Below are positions 12,637 to 25,800 of a stretch of DNA of 64,000 nt, one piece after another (within the stretch, counting starts at the first letter, position 1; each line of letters starts with the position of its first letter). This stretch comes from Auanema rhodensis. Lineage: Eukaryota; Animalia; Nematoda. The notes beneath the pieces are model-generated. The model saw only the letters and a list, made by a program, of their open reading frames with translations, was not told where the DNA came from and ran no database searches. The translations under genes were made by a program, and so were the position numbers. The DNA lies in NCBI GenBank assembly GCA_964057225.1, contig OZ059898.1, forward strand, positions 17,050,001-17,114,000, in the 5' to 3' direction.

Positions 12637-15600
12637 CTTATATCCTCGATTTTCACCCTGAAGAATTATTTTTTTCGTTGAATAACATTGTCCATCGTCT
12701 TTGCCTTGAAAAAAGGAATCTAAAAACATCTACTTTTTGCTAAATTATTCTGAAATTTTTCGAAAAAATTTTTGTCAAAATGTTTTTGGAAGCAATTTTG
12801 AGTGTACATGGAAACTCAACATACACTAATGCATCATTTTTCAAACGATCATAACTAATTTTTGTATTAAGCGTTTCTCAATGTAGTATAGTGCATTTGA
12901 TGCGGATTTTTAAGCTGCGTCGATCTGTGTTATCAAATTTGCGCTAGCTTAAAAATGCACCGAGATATCAACTGGTATAAGTTCACACTTATATCCTCGA
13001 TTTTCACCCTGAAGAATTATTTTTTTCGTTGAATAACATTGTCCATCGTCTTTGCCTTGAAAAAAGGAATCTAAAAACATCTACTTTTTGCTAAATTATT
13101 CTGAAATTTTTCGAAAAAATTTTTGTCAAAATGTTTTTGGAAGCAATGTTGAGTGTACATGGAAACTCAACATACACTAATGCATCATTTTTCAAACGAT
13201 CATAACTAATTTTTGTATTAAGCGTTTCTCAATGTAGTATAGTGCATTCGATGCGGATTTTTGAACTGCGTCGATCTGTGTTATCAGATTTGCGCTAGCT
13301 TAAAAATGCACCGAGATATCAACTGATATAAGTTCACACTTATATCCTCGATTTTCACCCTGAAGAATTATTTTTTTCGTTGAATAACATTGTCCATCGT
13401 CTTTGCCTTGAAAAAAGGAATCTAAAAACATCTACTTTTTGCTAAATTATTCTGAAATTTTTCGAAAAAATTTTTGTCAAAATGTTTTTGGAAGCAATTT
13501 TGAGTGTACATGGAAACTCAACATACACTAATGCATCATTTTTCAAACGATCATAACTAATTTTTGTATTAAGCGTTTCTCAATGTAGTATAGTGCATTC
13601 GATGCGGATTTTTAAACTGCGTCGATCTGTGTTATCAGATTTGCGCTAGCTTAAAAATGCACCGAGATATCAACTGATATAAGTTCACACTTATATCCTC
13701 GATTTTCACCCTGAAGAATTATTTTTTTCGTTGAATAACATTGTCCATCGTCTTTGCCTTGAAAAAAGGAATCTAAAAACATCTACTTTTTGCTAAATTA
13801 TTCTGAAATTTTTCGAAAAAATTTTTGTCAAAATGTTTTTGGAAGCAATTTTGAGTGTACATGGAAACTCAACATACACTAATGCATCATTTTTCAAACG
13901 ATCATAACTAATTTTTGTATTAAGCGTTTCTCAATGTAGTATAGTGCATTTAATGCGGATTTTTAAGCTGCGTCGATCTGTGTTATCAAATTTGCGCTAG
14001 CTTAAAAATGCACCGAGATATCAACTGGTATAAGTTCACACTTATATCCTCGATTTTCACCCTGAAGAAATAATTTTTTCGTTGAATAACATTGTCCATC
14101 GTCTTTGCCTTGAAAAAAGGAATCTCAAAACATCTACTTTTTGCTAAATTATTCTGAAATTTTTCGAAAAAATTTTTGTCAAAATGTTTTTGGAAGCAAT
14201 GTTGAGTGTACATGGAAACTCAACATACACTAATGCATCATTTTTCAAACGATCATAACTAATTTTTGTATTAAGCGTTTCTCAATGTAGTATAGTGCAT
14301 TCGATGCGGATTTTTAAACTGCGTCGATCTGTGTTATCAGATTTGCGCTAGCTTAAAAATGCACCGAGATATCAACTGATATAAGTTCACACTTATATCC
14401 TCGATTTTCACCCTGAAGAATTATTTTTTTCGTTGAATAACATTGTCCATCGTCTTTGCCTTGAAAAAAGGAATCTAAAAACATCTACTTTTTGCTAAAT
14501 TATTCTGAAATTTTTCGAAAAAATTTTTGTCAAAATGTTTTTGGAAGCAATGTTGAGTGTACATGGAAACTCAACATACACTAATGCATCATTTTTCAAA
14601 CGATCATAACTAATTTTTGTATTAAGCGTTTCTCAATGTAGTATAGTGCATTCGATGCGGATTTTTAAACTGCGTCGATCTGTGTTATCAGATTTGCGCT
14701 AGCTTAAAAATGCACCGAGATATGAACTGATATAAGTTCACACTTATATCCTCGATTTTCACCCTGAAGAATTATTTTTTTCGTTGAATAACATTGTCCA
14801 TCGTCTTTGCCTTGAAAAAAGGAATCTAAAAACATCTACTTTTTGCTAAATTATTCTGAAATTTTTCGAAAAAATTTTTGTCAAAATGTTTTTGGAAGCA
14901 ATTTTGAGTGTACATGGAAACTCAACATACACTAATGCATCATTTTTCAAACGATCATAACTAATTTTTGTATTAAGCGTTTCTCAATGTAGTATAGTGC
15001 ATTTGATGCGGATTTTTAAGCTGCGTCGATCTGTGTTATCAAATTTGCGCTAGCTTAAAAATGCACCGAGATATCAACTGGTATAAGTTCACACTTATAT
15101 CCTCGATTTTCACCCTGAAGAATTATTTTTTTCGTTGAATAACATTGTCCATCGTCTTTGCCTTGAAAAAAGGAATCTAAAAACATCTACTTTTTGCTAA
15201 ATTATTCTGAAATTTTTCGAAAAAATTTTTGTCAAAATGTTTTTGGAAGCAATGTTGAGTGTACATGGAAACTCAACATACACTAATGCATCATTTTTCA
15301 AACGATCATAACTAATTTTTGTATTAAGCGTTTCTCAATGTAGTATAGTGCATTCGATGCGGATTTTTGAACTGCGTCGATCTGTGTTATCAGATTTGCG
15401 CTAGCTTAAAAATGCACCGAGATATCAACTGATATAAGTTCACACTTATATCCTCGATTTTCACCCTGAAGAATTATTTTTTTCGTTGAATAACATTGTC
15501 CATCGTCTTTGCCTTGAAAAAAGGAATCTAAAAACATCTACTTTTTGCTAAATTATTCTGAAATTTTTCGAAAAAATTTTTGTCAAAATGTTTTTGGAAG

Positions 15601-16848
15601 CAATTTTGAGTGTACATGGAAACTCAACATACACTAATGCATCATTTTTCAAACGATCATAACTAGTTTTTGTATTAAGCGTTTCTCAATGTAGTATAGT
15701 GCATTCGATGCGGATTTTTAAACTGCGTCGATCTGTGTTATCAGATTTGCGCTAGCTTAAAAATGCACCGAGATATCAACTGATATAAGTTCACACTTAT
15801 ATCCTCGATTTTCACCCTGAAGAATTATTTTTTTCGTTGAATAACATTGTCCATCGTCTTTGCCTTGAAAAAAGGAATCTAAAAACATCTACTTTTTGCT
15901 AAATTATTCTGAAATTTTTCGAAAAAATTTTTGTCAAAATGTTTTTGGAAGCAATTTTGAGTGTACATGGAAACTCAACATACACTAATGCATCATTTTT
16001 CAAACGATCATAACTAATTTTTGTATTAAGCGTTTCTCAATGTAGTATAGTGCATTTAATGCGGATTTTTAAGCTGCGTCGATCTGTGTTATCAAATTTG
16101 CGCTAGCTTAAAAATGCACCGAGATATCAACTGGTATAAGTTCACACTTATATCCTCGATTTTCACCCTGAAGAAATAATTTTTTCGTTGAATAACATTG
16201 TCCATCGTCTTTGCCTTGAAAAAAGGAATCTCAAAACATCTACTTTTTGCTAAATTATTCTGAAATTTTTCGAAAAAATTTTTGTCAAAATGTTTTTGGA
16301 AGCAATGTTGAGTGTACATGGAAACTCAACATACACTAATGCATCATTTTTCAAACGATCATAACTAATTTTTGTATTAAGCGTTTCTCAATGTAGTATA
16401 GTGCATTCGATGCGGATTTTTAAACTGCGTCGATCTGTGTTATCAGATTTGCGCTAGCTTAAAAATGCACCGAGATATCAACTGATATAAGTTCACACTT
16501 ATATCCTCGATTTTCACCCTGAAGAATTATTTTTTTCGTTGAATAACATTGTCCATCGTCTTTGCCTTGAAAAAAGGAATCTAAAAACATCTACTTTTTG
16601 CTAAATTATTCTGAAATTTTTCGAAAAAACTTTTGTCAAAATGTTTTTGGAAGCAATGTTGAGTGTACATGGAAACTCAACATACACTAATGCATCATTT
16701 TTCAAACGATCATAACTAATTTTTGTATTAAGCGTTTCTCAATGTAGTATAGTGCATTCGATGCGGATTTTTAAACTGCGTCGATCTGTGTTATCAGATT
16801 TGCGCTAGCTTAAAAATGCACCGAGATATCAACTGATATAAGTTCACA
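12637..16848. repeat. 6-monomer tandem duplication (2106 bp)
   Basis: Private variants ttttgaactg (about 13263/15369) and aatctcaaaa (about 14126/16232) recur exactly 2106 bp apart. The two identical ORF calls are also 2106 bp apart. Confidence 0.88.
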
Positions 16849-19800
16849 CTTATATCCTCGATTTTCACCCTGAAGAATTATTTTTTTCGTTGAATAACAT
16901 TGTCCATCGTCTTTGCCTTGAAAAAAGGAATCTAAAAACATCTACTTTTTGCTAAATTATTCTGAAATTTTTCGAAAAAACTTTTGTCAAAATGTTTTTG
17001 GAAGCAATGTTGAGTGTACATGGAAACTCAACATACACTAATGCATCATTTTTCAAACGATCATAACTAATTTTTGTATTAAGCGTTTCTCAATGTAGTA
17101 TAGTGCATTCGATGCGGATTTTTAAACTGCGTCGATCTGTGTTATCAGATTTGCGCTAGCTTAAAAATGCACCGAGATATGAACTGATATAAGTTCACAC
17201 TTATATCCTCGATTTTCACCCTGAAGAATTATTTTTTTCGTTGAATAACATTGTCCATCGTCTTTGCCTTGAAAAAAGGAATCTAAAAACATCTACTTTT
17301 TGCTAAATTATTCTGAAATTTTTCGAAAAAATTTTTGTCAAAATGTTTTTGGAAGCAATTTTGAGTGTACATGGAAACTCAACATACACTAATGCATCAT
17401 TTTTCAAACGATCATAACTAATTTTTGTATTAAGCGTTTCTCAATGTAGTATAGTGCATTTAATGCGGATTTTTAAGCTGCGTCGATCTGTGTTATCAAA
17501 TTTGCGCTAGCTTAAAAATGCACCGAGATATCAACTGGTATAAGTTCACACTTATATCCTCGATTTTCACCCTGAAGAAATAATTTTTTCGTTGAATAAC
17601 ATTGTCCATCGTCTTTGCCTTGAAAAAAGGAATCTAAAAACATCTACTTTTTGCTAAATTATTCTGAAATTTTTCGAAAAAATTTTTGTCAAAATGTTTT
17701 TGGAAGCAATGTTGAGTGTACATGGAAACTCAACATACACTAATGCATCATTTTTCAAACGATCATAACTAATTTTTGTATTAAGCGTTTCTCAATGTAG
17801 TATAGTGCATTTAATGCGGATTTTTAAGCTGCGTCGATCTGTGTTATCAAATTTGCGCTAGCTTCAAAATGCACCGAGATATCAACTGGTATAAGTTCAC
17901 ACTTATATCCTCGATTTTCACCCTGAAGAAATAATTTTTTCGTTGAATAACATTGTCCATCGTCTTTGCCTTGAAAAAAGGAATCTAAAAACATCTACTT
18001 TTTGCTAAATTATTCTGAAATTTTTCGAAAAAATTTTTGTCAAAATGTTTTTGGAAGCAATGTTGAGTGTACATGGAAACTCAACATACACTAATGCATC
18101 ATTTTTCAAACGATCATAACTAATTTTTGTATTAAGCGTTTCTCAATGTAGTATAGTGCATTTAATGCGGATTTTTAAGCTGCGTCGATCTGTGTTATCA
18201 AATTTGCGCTAGCTTAAAAATGCACCGAGATATCAACTGGTATAAGTTCACACTTATATCCTCGATTTTCACCCTGAAGAAATAATTTTTTCGTTGAATA
18301 ACATTGTCCATCGTCTTTGCCTTAAAAAAAGGAATCTAAAAACATCTACTTTTTGCTAAATTATTCTGAAATTTTTCGAAAAAATTTTTGTCAAAATGTT
18401 TTTGGAAGCAATGTTGAGTGTACATGGAAACTCAACATACACTAATGCATCATTTTTCAAACGATCATAACTAATTTTTGTATTAAGCGTTTCTCAATGT
18501 AGTATAGTGCATTCGATGCGGATTTTTAAACTGCGTCGATCTGTGTTATCAGATTTGCGCTAGCTTAAAAATGCACCGAGATATGAACTGATATAAGTTC
18601 ACACTTATATCCTCGATTTTCACCCTGAAGAATTATTTTTTTCGTTGAATAACATTGTCCATCGTCTTTGCCTTGAAAAAAGGAATCTAAAAACATCTAC
18701 TTTTTGCTAAATTATTCTGAAATTTTTCGAAAAAATTTTTGTCAAAATGTTTTTGGAAGCAATGTTGAGTGTACATGGAAACTCAACATACACTAATGCA
18801 TCATTTTTCAAACGATCATAACTAATTTTTGTATTAAGCGTTTCTCAATGTAGTATAGTGCATTCGATGCGGATTTTTAAACTGCGTCGATCTGTGTTAT
18901 CAGATTTGCGCTAGCTTAAAAATGCACCGAGATATCAACTGATATAAGTTCACACTTATATCCTCGATTTTCACCCTGAAGAATTATTTTTTTCGTTGAA
19001 TAACATTGTCCATCGTCTTTGCCTTGAAAAAAGGAATCTAAAAACATCTACTTTTTGCTAAATTATTCTGAAATTTTTCGAAAAAATTTTTGTCAAAATG
19101 TTTTTGGAAGCAATTTTGAGTGTACATGGAAACTCAACATACACTAATGCATCATTTTTCAAACGATCATAACTAATTTTTGTATTAAGCGTTTCTCAAT
19201 GTAGTATAGTGCATTTAATGCGGATTTTTAAGCTGCGTCGATCTGTGTTATCAAATTTGCGCTAGCTTAAAAATGCACCGAGATATCAACTGGTATAAGT
19301 TCACACTTATATCCTCGATTTTCACCCTGAAGAAATAATTTTTTCGTTGAATAACATTGTCCATCGTCTTTGCCTTGAAAAAAGGAATCTAAAAACATCT
19401 ACTTTTTGCTAAATTATTCTGAAATTTTTCGAAAAAATTTTTGTCAAAATGTTTTTGGAAGCAATGTTGAGTGTACATGGAAACTCAACATACACTAATG
19501 CATCATTTTTCAAACGATCATAACTAATTTTTGTATTAAGCGTTTCTCAATGTAGTATAGTGCATTCGATGCGGATTTTTAAACTGCGTCGATCTGTGTT
19601 ATCAGATTTGCGCTAGCTTAAAAATGCACCGAGATATGAACTGATATAAGTTCACACTTATATCCTCGATTTTCACCCTGAAGAATTATTTTTTTCGTTG
19701 AATAACATTGTCCATCGTCTTTGCCTTGAAAAAAGGAATCTAAAAACATCTACTTTTTGCTAAATTATTCTGAAATTTTTCGAAAAAATTTTTGTCAAAA

Positions 19801-22800
19801 TGTTTTTGGAAGCAATTTTGAGTGTACATGGAAACTCAACATACACTAATGCATCATTTTTCAAACGATCATAACTAATTTTTGTATTAAGCGTTTCTCA
19901 ATGTAGTATAGTGCATTTAATGCGGATTTTTAAGCTGCGTCGATCTGTGTTATCAAATTTGCGCTAGCTTAAAAATGCACCGAGATATCAACTGGTATAA
20001 GTTCACACTTATATCCTCGATTTTCACCCTGAAGAAATAATTTTTTCGTTGAATAACATTGTCCATCGTCTTTGCCTTGAAAAAAGGAATCTAAAAACAT
20101 CTACTTTTTGCTAAATTATTCTGAAATTTTTCGAAAAAATTTTTGTCAAAATGTTTTTGGAAGCAATGTTGAGTGTACATGGAAACTCAACATACACTAA
20201 TGCATCATTTTTCAAACGATCATAACTAATTTTTGTATTAAGCGTTTCTCAATGTAGTATAGTGCATTCGATGCGGATTTTTAAACTGCGTCGATCTGTG
20301 TTATCAGATTTGCGCTAGCTTAAAAATGCACCGAGATATGAACTGATATAAGTTCACACTTATATCCTCGATTTTCACCCTGAAGAATTATTTTTTTCGT
20401 TGAATAACATTGTCCATCGTCTTTGCCTTGAAAAAAGGAATCTAAAAACATCTACTTTTTGCTAAATTATTCTGAAATTTTTCGAAAAAATTTTTGTCAA
20501 AATGTTTTTGGAAGCAATGTTGAGTGTACATGGAAACTCAACATACACTAATGCATCATTTTTCAAACGATCATAAATAATTTTTGTATTAAGCGTTTCT
20601 CAATGTAGTATAGTGCATTCGATGCGGATTTTTAAACTGCGTCGATCTGTGTTATCAGATTTGCGCTAGCTTAAAAATGCACCGAGATATCAACTGATAT
20701 AAGTTCACACTTATATCCTCGATTTTCACCCTGAAGAATTATTTTTTTCGTTGAATAACATTGTCCATCGTCTTTGCCTTGAAAAAAGGAATCTAAAAAC
20801 ATCTACTTTTTGCTATATTATTCTGAAATTTTTCGAAAAAATTTTTGTCAAAATGTTTTTGGAAGCAATTTTGAGTGTACATGGAAACTCAACATACACT
20901 AATGCATCATTTTTCAAACGATCATAACTAATTTTTGTATTAAGCGTTTCTCAATGTAGTATAGTGCATTTGATGCGGATTTTTAAGCTGCGTCGATCTG
21001 TGTTATCAAATTTGCGCTAGCTTAAAAATGCACCGAGATATCAACTGGTATAAGTTCACACTTATATCCTCGATTTTCACCCTGAAGAAATAATTTTTTC
21101 GTTGAATAACATTGTCCATCGTCTTTGCCTTGAAAAAAGGAATCTAAAAACATCTACTTTTTGCTAAATTATTCTGAAATTTTTCGAAAAAATTTTTGTC
21201 AAAATGTTTTTGGAAGCAATTTTGAGTGTACATGGAAACTCAACATACACTAATGCATCATTTTTCAAACGATCATAACTAATTTTTGTATTAAGCGTTT
21301 CTCAATGTAGTATAGTGCATTTAATGCGGATTTTTAAGCTGCGTCGATCTGTGTTATCAAATTTGCGCTAGCTTAAAAATGCACCGAGATATCAACTGGT
21401 ATAAGTTCACACTTATATCCTCGATTTTCACCCTGAAGAAATAATTTTTTCGTTGAATAACATTGTCCATCGTCTTTGCCTTGAAAAAAGGAATCTAAAA
21501 ACATCTACTTTTTGCTAAATTATTCTGAAATTTTTCGAAAAAATTTTTGTCAAAATGTTTTTGGAAGCAATGTTGAGTGTACATGGAAACTCAACATACA
21601 CTAATGCATCATTTTTCAAACGATCATAACTAATTTTTGTATTAAGCGTTTCTCAATGTAGTATAGTGCATTCGATGCGGATTTTTAAACTGCGTCGATC
21701 TGTGTTATCAGATTTGCGCTAGCTTAAAAATGCACCGAGATATGAACTGATATAAGTTCACACTTATATCCTCGATTTTCACCCTGAAGAATTATTTTTT
21801 TCGTTGAATAACATTGTCCATCGTCTTTGCCTTGAAAAAAGGAATCTAAAAACATCTACTTTTTGCTAAATTATTCTGAAATTTTTCGAAAAAATTTTTG
21901 TCAAAATGTTTTTGGAAGCAATGTTGAGTGTACATGGAAACTCAACATACACTAATGCATCATTTTTCAAACGATCATAACTAATTTTTGTATTAAGCGT
22001 TTCTCAATGTAGTATAGTGCATTCGATGCGGATTTTTAAACTGCGTCGATCTGTGTTATCAGATTTGCGCTAGCTTAAAAATGCACCGAGATATGAACTG
22101 ATATAAGTTCACACTTATATCCTCGATTTTCACCCTGAAGAATTATTTTTTTCGTTGAATAACATTGTCCATCGTCTTTGCCTTGAAAAAAGGAATCTAA
22201 AAACATCTACTTTTTGCTAAATTATTCTGAAATTTTTCGAAAAAATTTTTGTCAAAATGTTTTTGGAAGCAATTTTGAGTGTACATGGAAACTCAACATA
22301 CACTAATGCATCATTTTTCAAACGATCATAACTAATTTTTGTATTAAGCGTTTCTCAATGTAGTATAGTGCATTCGATGCGGATTTTTAAACTGCGTCGA
22401 TCTGTGTTATCAGATTTGCGCTAGCTTAAAAATGCACCGAGATATCAACTGATATAAGTTCACACTTATATCCTCGATTTTCACCCTGAAGAATTATTTT
22501 TTTCGTTGAATAACATTGTCCATCGTCTTTGCCTTGAAAAAAGGAATCTAAAAACATCTACTTTTTGCTAAATTATTCTGAAATTTTTCGAAAAAATTTT
22601 TGTCAAAATGTTTTTGGAAGCAATTTTGAGTGTACATGGAAACTCAACATACACTAATGCATCATTTTTCAAACGATCATAACTAATTTTTGTATTAAGC
22701 GTTTCTCAAGTTAGTATAGTGCATTTAATGCGGATTTTTAAGCTGCGTCGATCTGTGTTATCAAATTTGCGCTAGCTTAAAAATGCACCGAGATATCAAC

Positions 22801-25800
22801 TGGTATAAGTTCACACTTATATCCTCGATTTTCACCCTGAAGAAATAATTTTTTCGTTGAATAACATTGTCCATCGTCTTTGCCTTGAAAAAAGGAATCT
22901 AAAAACATCTACTTTTTGCTAAATTATTCTGAAATTTTTCTTAAAAATTTTTGTCAAAATGTTTTTGGAAGCAATGTTGAGTGTACATGGAAACTCAACA
23001 TACACTAATGCATCATTTTTCAAACGATCATAACTAATTTTTGTATTAAGCGTTTCTCAATGTAGTATAGTGCATTCGATGCGGATTTTTAAACTGCGTC
23101 GATCTGTGTTATCAGATTTGCGCTAGCTTAAAAATGCACCGAGATATGAACTGATATAAGTTCACACTTATATCCTCGATTTTCACCCTGAAGAATTATT
23201 TTTTTCGTTGAATAACATTGTCCATCGTCTTTGCCTTGAAAAAAGGAATCTAAAAACATCTACTTTTTGCTAAATTATTCTGAAATTTTTCGAAAAAATT
23301 TTTGTCAAAATGTTTTTGGAAGCAATTTTGAGTGTACATGGAAACTCAACATACACTAATGCATCATTTTTCAAACGATCATAACTAATTTTTGTATTAA
23401 GCGTTTCTCAATGTAGTATAGTGCATTTGATGCGGATTTTTAAGCTGCGTCGATCTGTGTTATCAAATTTGCGCTAGCTTAAAAATGCACCGAGATATCA
23501 ACTGGTATAAGTTCACACTTATATCCTCGATTTTCACCCTGAAGAATTATTTTTTTCGTTGAATAACATTGTCCATCGTCTTTGCCTTGAAAAAAGGAAT
23601 CTAAAAACATCTACTTTTTGCTAAATTATTCTGAAATTTTTCGAAAAAATTTTTGTCAAAATGTTTTTGGAAGCAATGTTGAGTGTACATGGAAACTCAA
23701 CATACACTAATGCATCATTTTTCAAACGATCATAACTAATTTTTGTATTAAGCGTTTCTCAATGTAGTATAGTGCATTTGATGCGGATTTTTAAGCTGCG
23801 TCGATCTGTGTTATCAAATTTGCGCTAGCTTAAAAATGCACCGAGATATCAACTGATATAAGTTCACACTTATATCCTCGATTTTCACCCTGAAGAATTA
23901 TTTTTTTCGTTGAATAACATTGTCCATCGTCTTTGCCTTGAAAAAAGGAATCTAAAAACATCTACTTTTTGCTAAATTATTCTGAAATTTTTCGAAAAAA
24001 TTTTTGTCAAAATGTTTTTGGAAGCAATTTTGAGTGTACATGGAAACTCAACATACACTAATGCATCATTTTTCAAACGATCATAACTAATTTTTGTATT
24101 AAGCGTTTCTCAATGTAGTATAGTGCATTTGATGCGGATTTTTAAGCTGCGTCGATCTGTGTTATCAAATTTGCGCTAGCTTAAAAATGCACCGAGATAT
24201 CAACTGATATAAGTTCACACTTATATCCTCGATTTTCACCCTGAAGAATTATTTTTTTCGTTGAATAACATTGTCCATCGTCTTTGCCTTGAAAAAAGGA
24301 ATCTAAAAACATCTACTTTTTGCTAAATTATTCTGAAATTTTTCGAAAAAATTTTTGTCAAAATGTTTTTGGAAGCAATTTTGAGTGTACATGGAAACTC
24401 AACATACACTAATGCATCATTTTTCAAACGATCATAACTAATTTTTGTATTAAGCGTTTCTCAATGTAGTATAGTGCATTCGATGCGGATTTTTAAACTG
24501 CGTCGATCTGTGTTATCAGATTTGCGCTAGCTTAAAAATGCACCGAGATATCAACTGGTATAAGTTCACACTTATATCCTCGATTTTCACCCTGAAGAAA
24601 TAATTTTTTCGTTGAATAACATTGTCCATCGTCTTTGCCTTGAAAAAAGGAATCTAAAAACATCTACTTTTTGCTAAATTATTCTGAAATTTTTCGAAAA
24701 AATTTTTGTCAAAATGTTTTTGGAAGCAATGTTGAGTGTACATGGAAACTCAACATACACTAATGCATCATTTTTCAAACGATCATAACTAATTTTTGTA
24801 TTAAGCGTTTCTCAATGTAGTATAGTGCATTCGATGCGGATTTTTAAACTGCGTCGATCTGTGTTATCAGATTTGCGCTAGCTTAAAAATGCACCGAGAT
24901 ATGAACTGATATAAGTTCACACTTATATCCTCGATTTTCACCCTGAAGAATTATTTTTTTCGTTGAATAACATTGTCCATCGTCTTTGCCTTGAAAAAAG
25001 GAATCTAAAAACATCTACTTTTTGCTAAATTATTCTGAAATTTTTCGAAAAAATTTTTGTCAAAATGTTTTTGGAAGCAATTTTGAGTGTACATGGAAAC
25101 TCAACATACACTAATGCATCATTTTTCAAACGATCATAACTAATTTTTGTATTAAGCGTTTCTCAATGTAGTATAGTGCATTTAATGCGGATTTTTAAGC
25201 TGCGTCGATCTGTGTTATCAAATTTGCGCTAGCTTAAAAATGCACCGAGATATCAACTGGTATAAGTTCACACTTATATCCTCGATTTTCACCCTGAAGA
25301 AATAATTTTTTCGTTGAATAACATTGTCCATCGTCTTTGCCTTGAAAAAAGGAATCTAAAAACATCTACTTTTTGCTAAATTATTCTGAAATTTTTCGAA
25401 AAAATTTTTGTCAAAATGTTTTTGGAAGCAATGTTGAGTGTACATGGAAACTCAACATACACTAATGCATCATTTTTCAAACGATCATAACTAATTTTTG
25501 TATTAAGCGTTTCTCAATGTAGTATAGTGCATTCGATGCGGATTTTTAAACTGCGTCGATCTGTGTTATCAGATTTGCGCTAGCTTAAAAATGCACCGAG
25601 ATATGAACTGATATAAGTTCACACTTATATCCTCGATTTTCACCCTGAAGAATTATTTTTTTCGTTGAATAACATTGTCCATCGTCTTTGCCTTGAAAAA
25701 AGGAATCTAAAAACATCTACTTTTTGCTAAATTATTCTGAAATTTTTCGAAAAAATTTTTGTCAAAATGTTTTTGGAAGCAATTTTGAGTGTACATGGAA

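Noticed and set aside
13986-14213. 75-aa minus-strand ORF as a real CDS
   Set aside because: It lies wholly within the satellite, exists only because of one stop-loss SNP, has no recognisable domain, and the other monomers (apart from its duplicate) have in-frame stops.
16092-16319. Second identical 75-aa ORF
   Set aside because: It is a copy of the first via the 2106-bp duplication, so it is not independent evidence of conservation.
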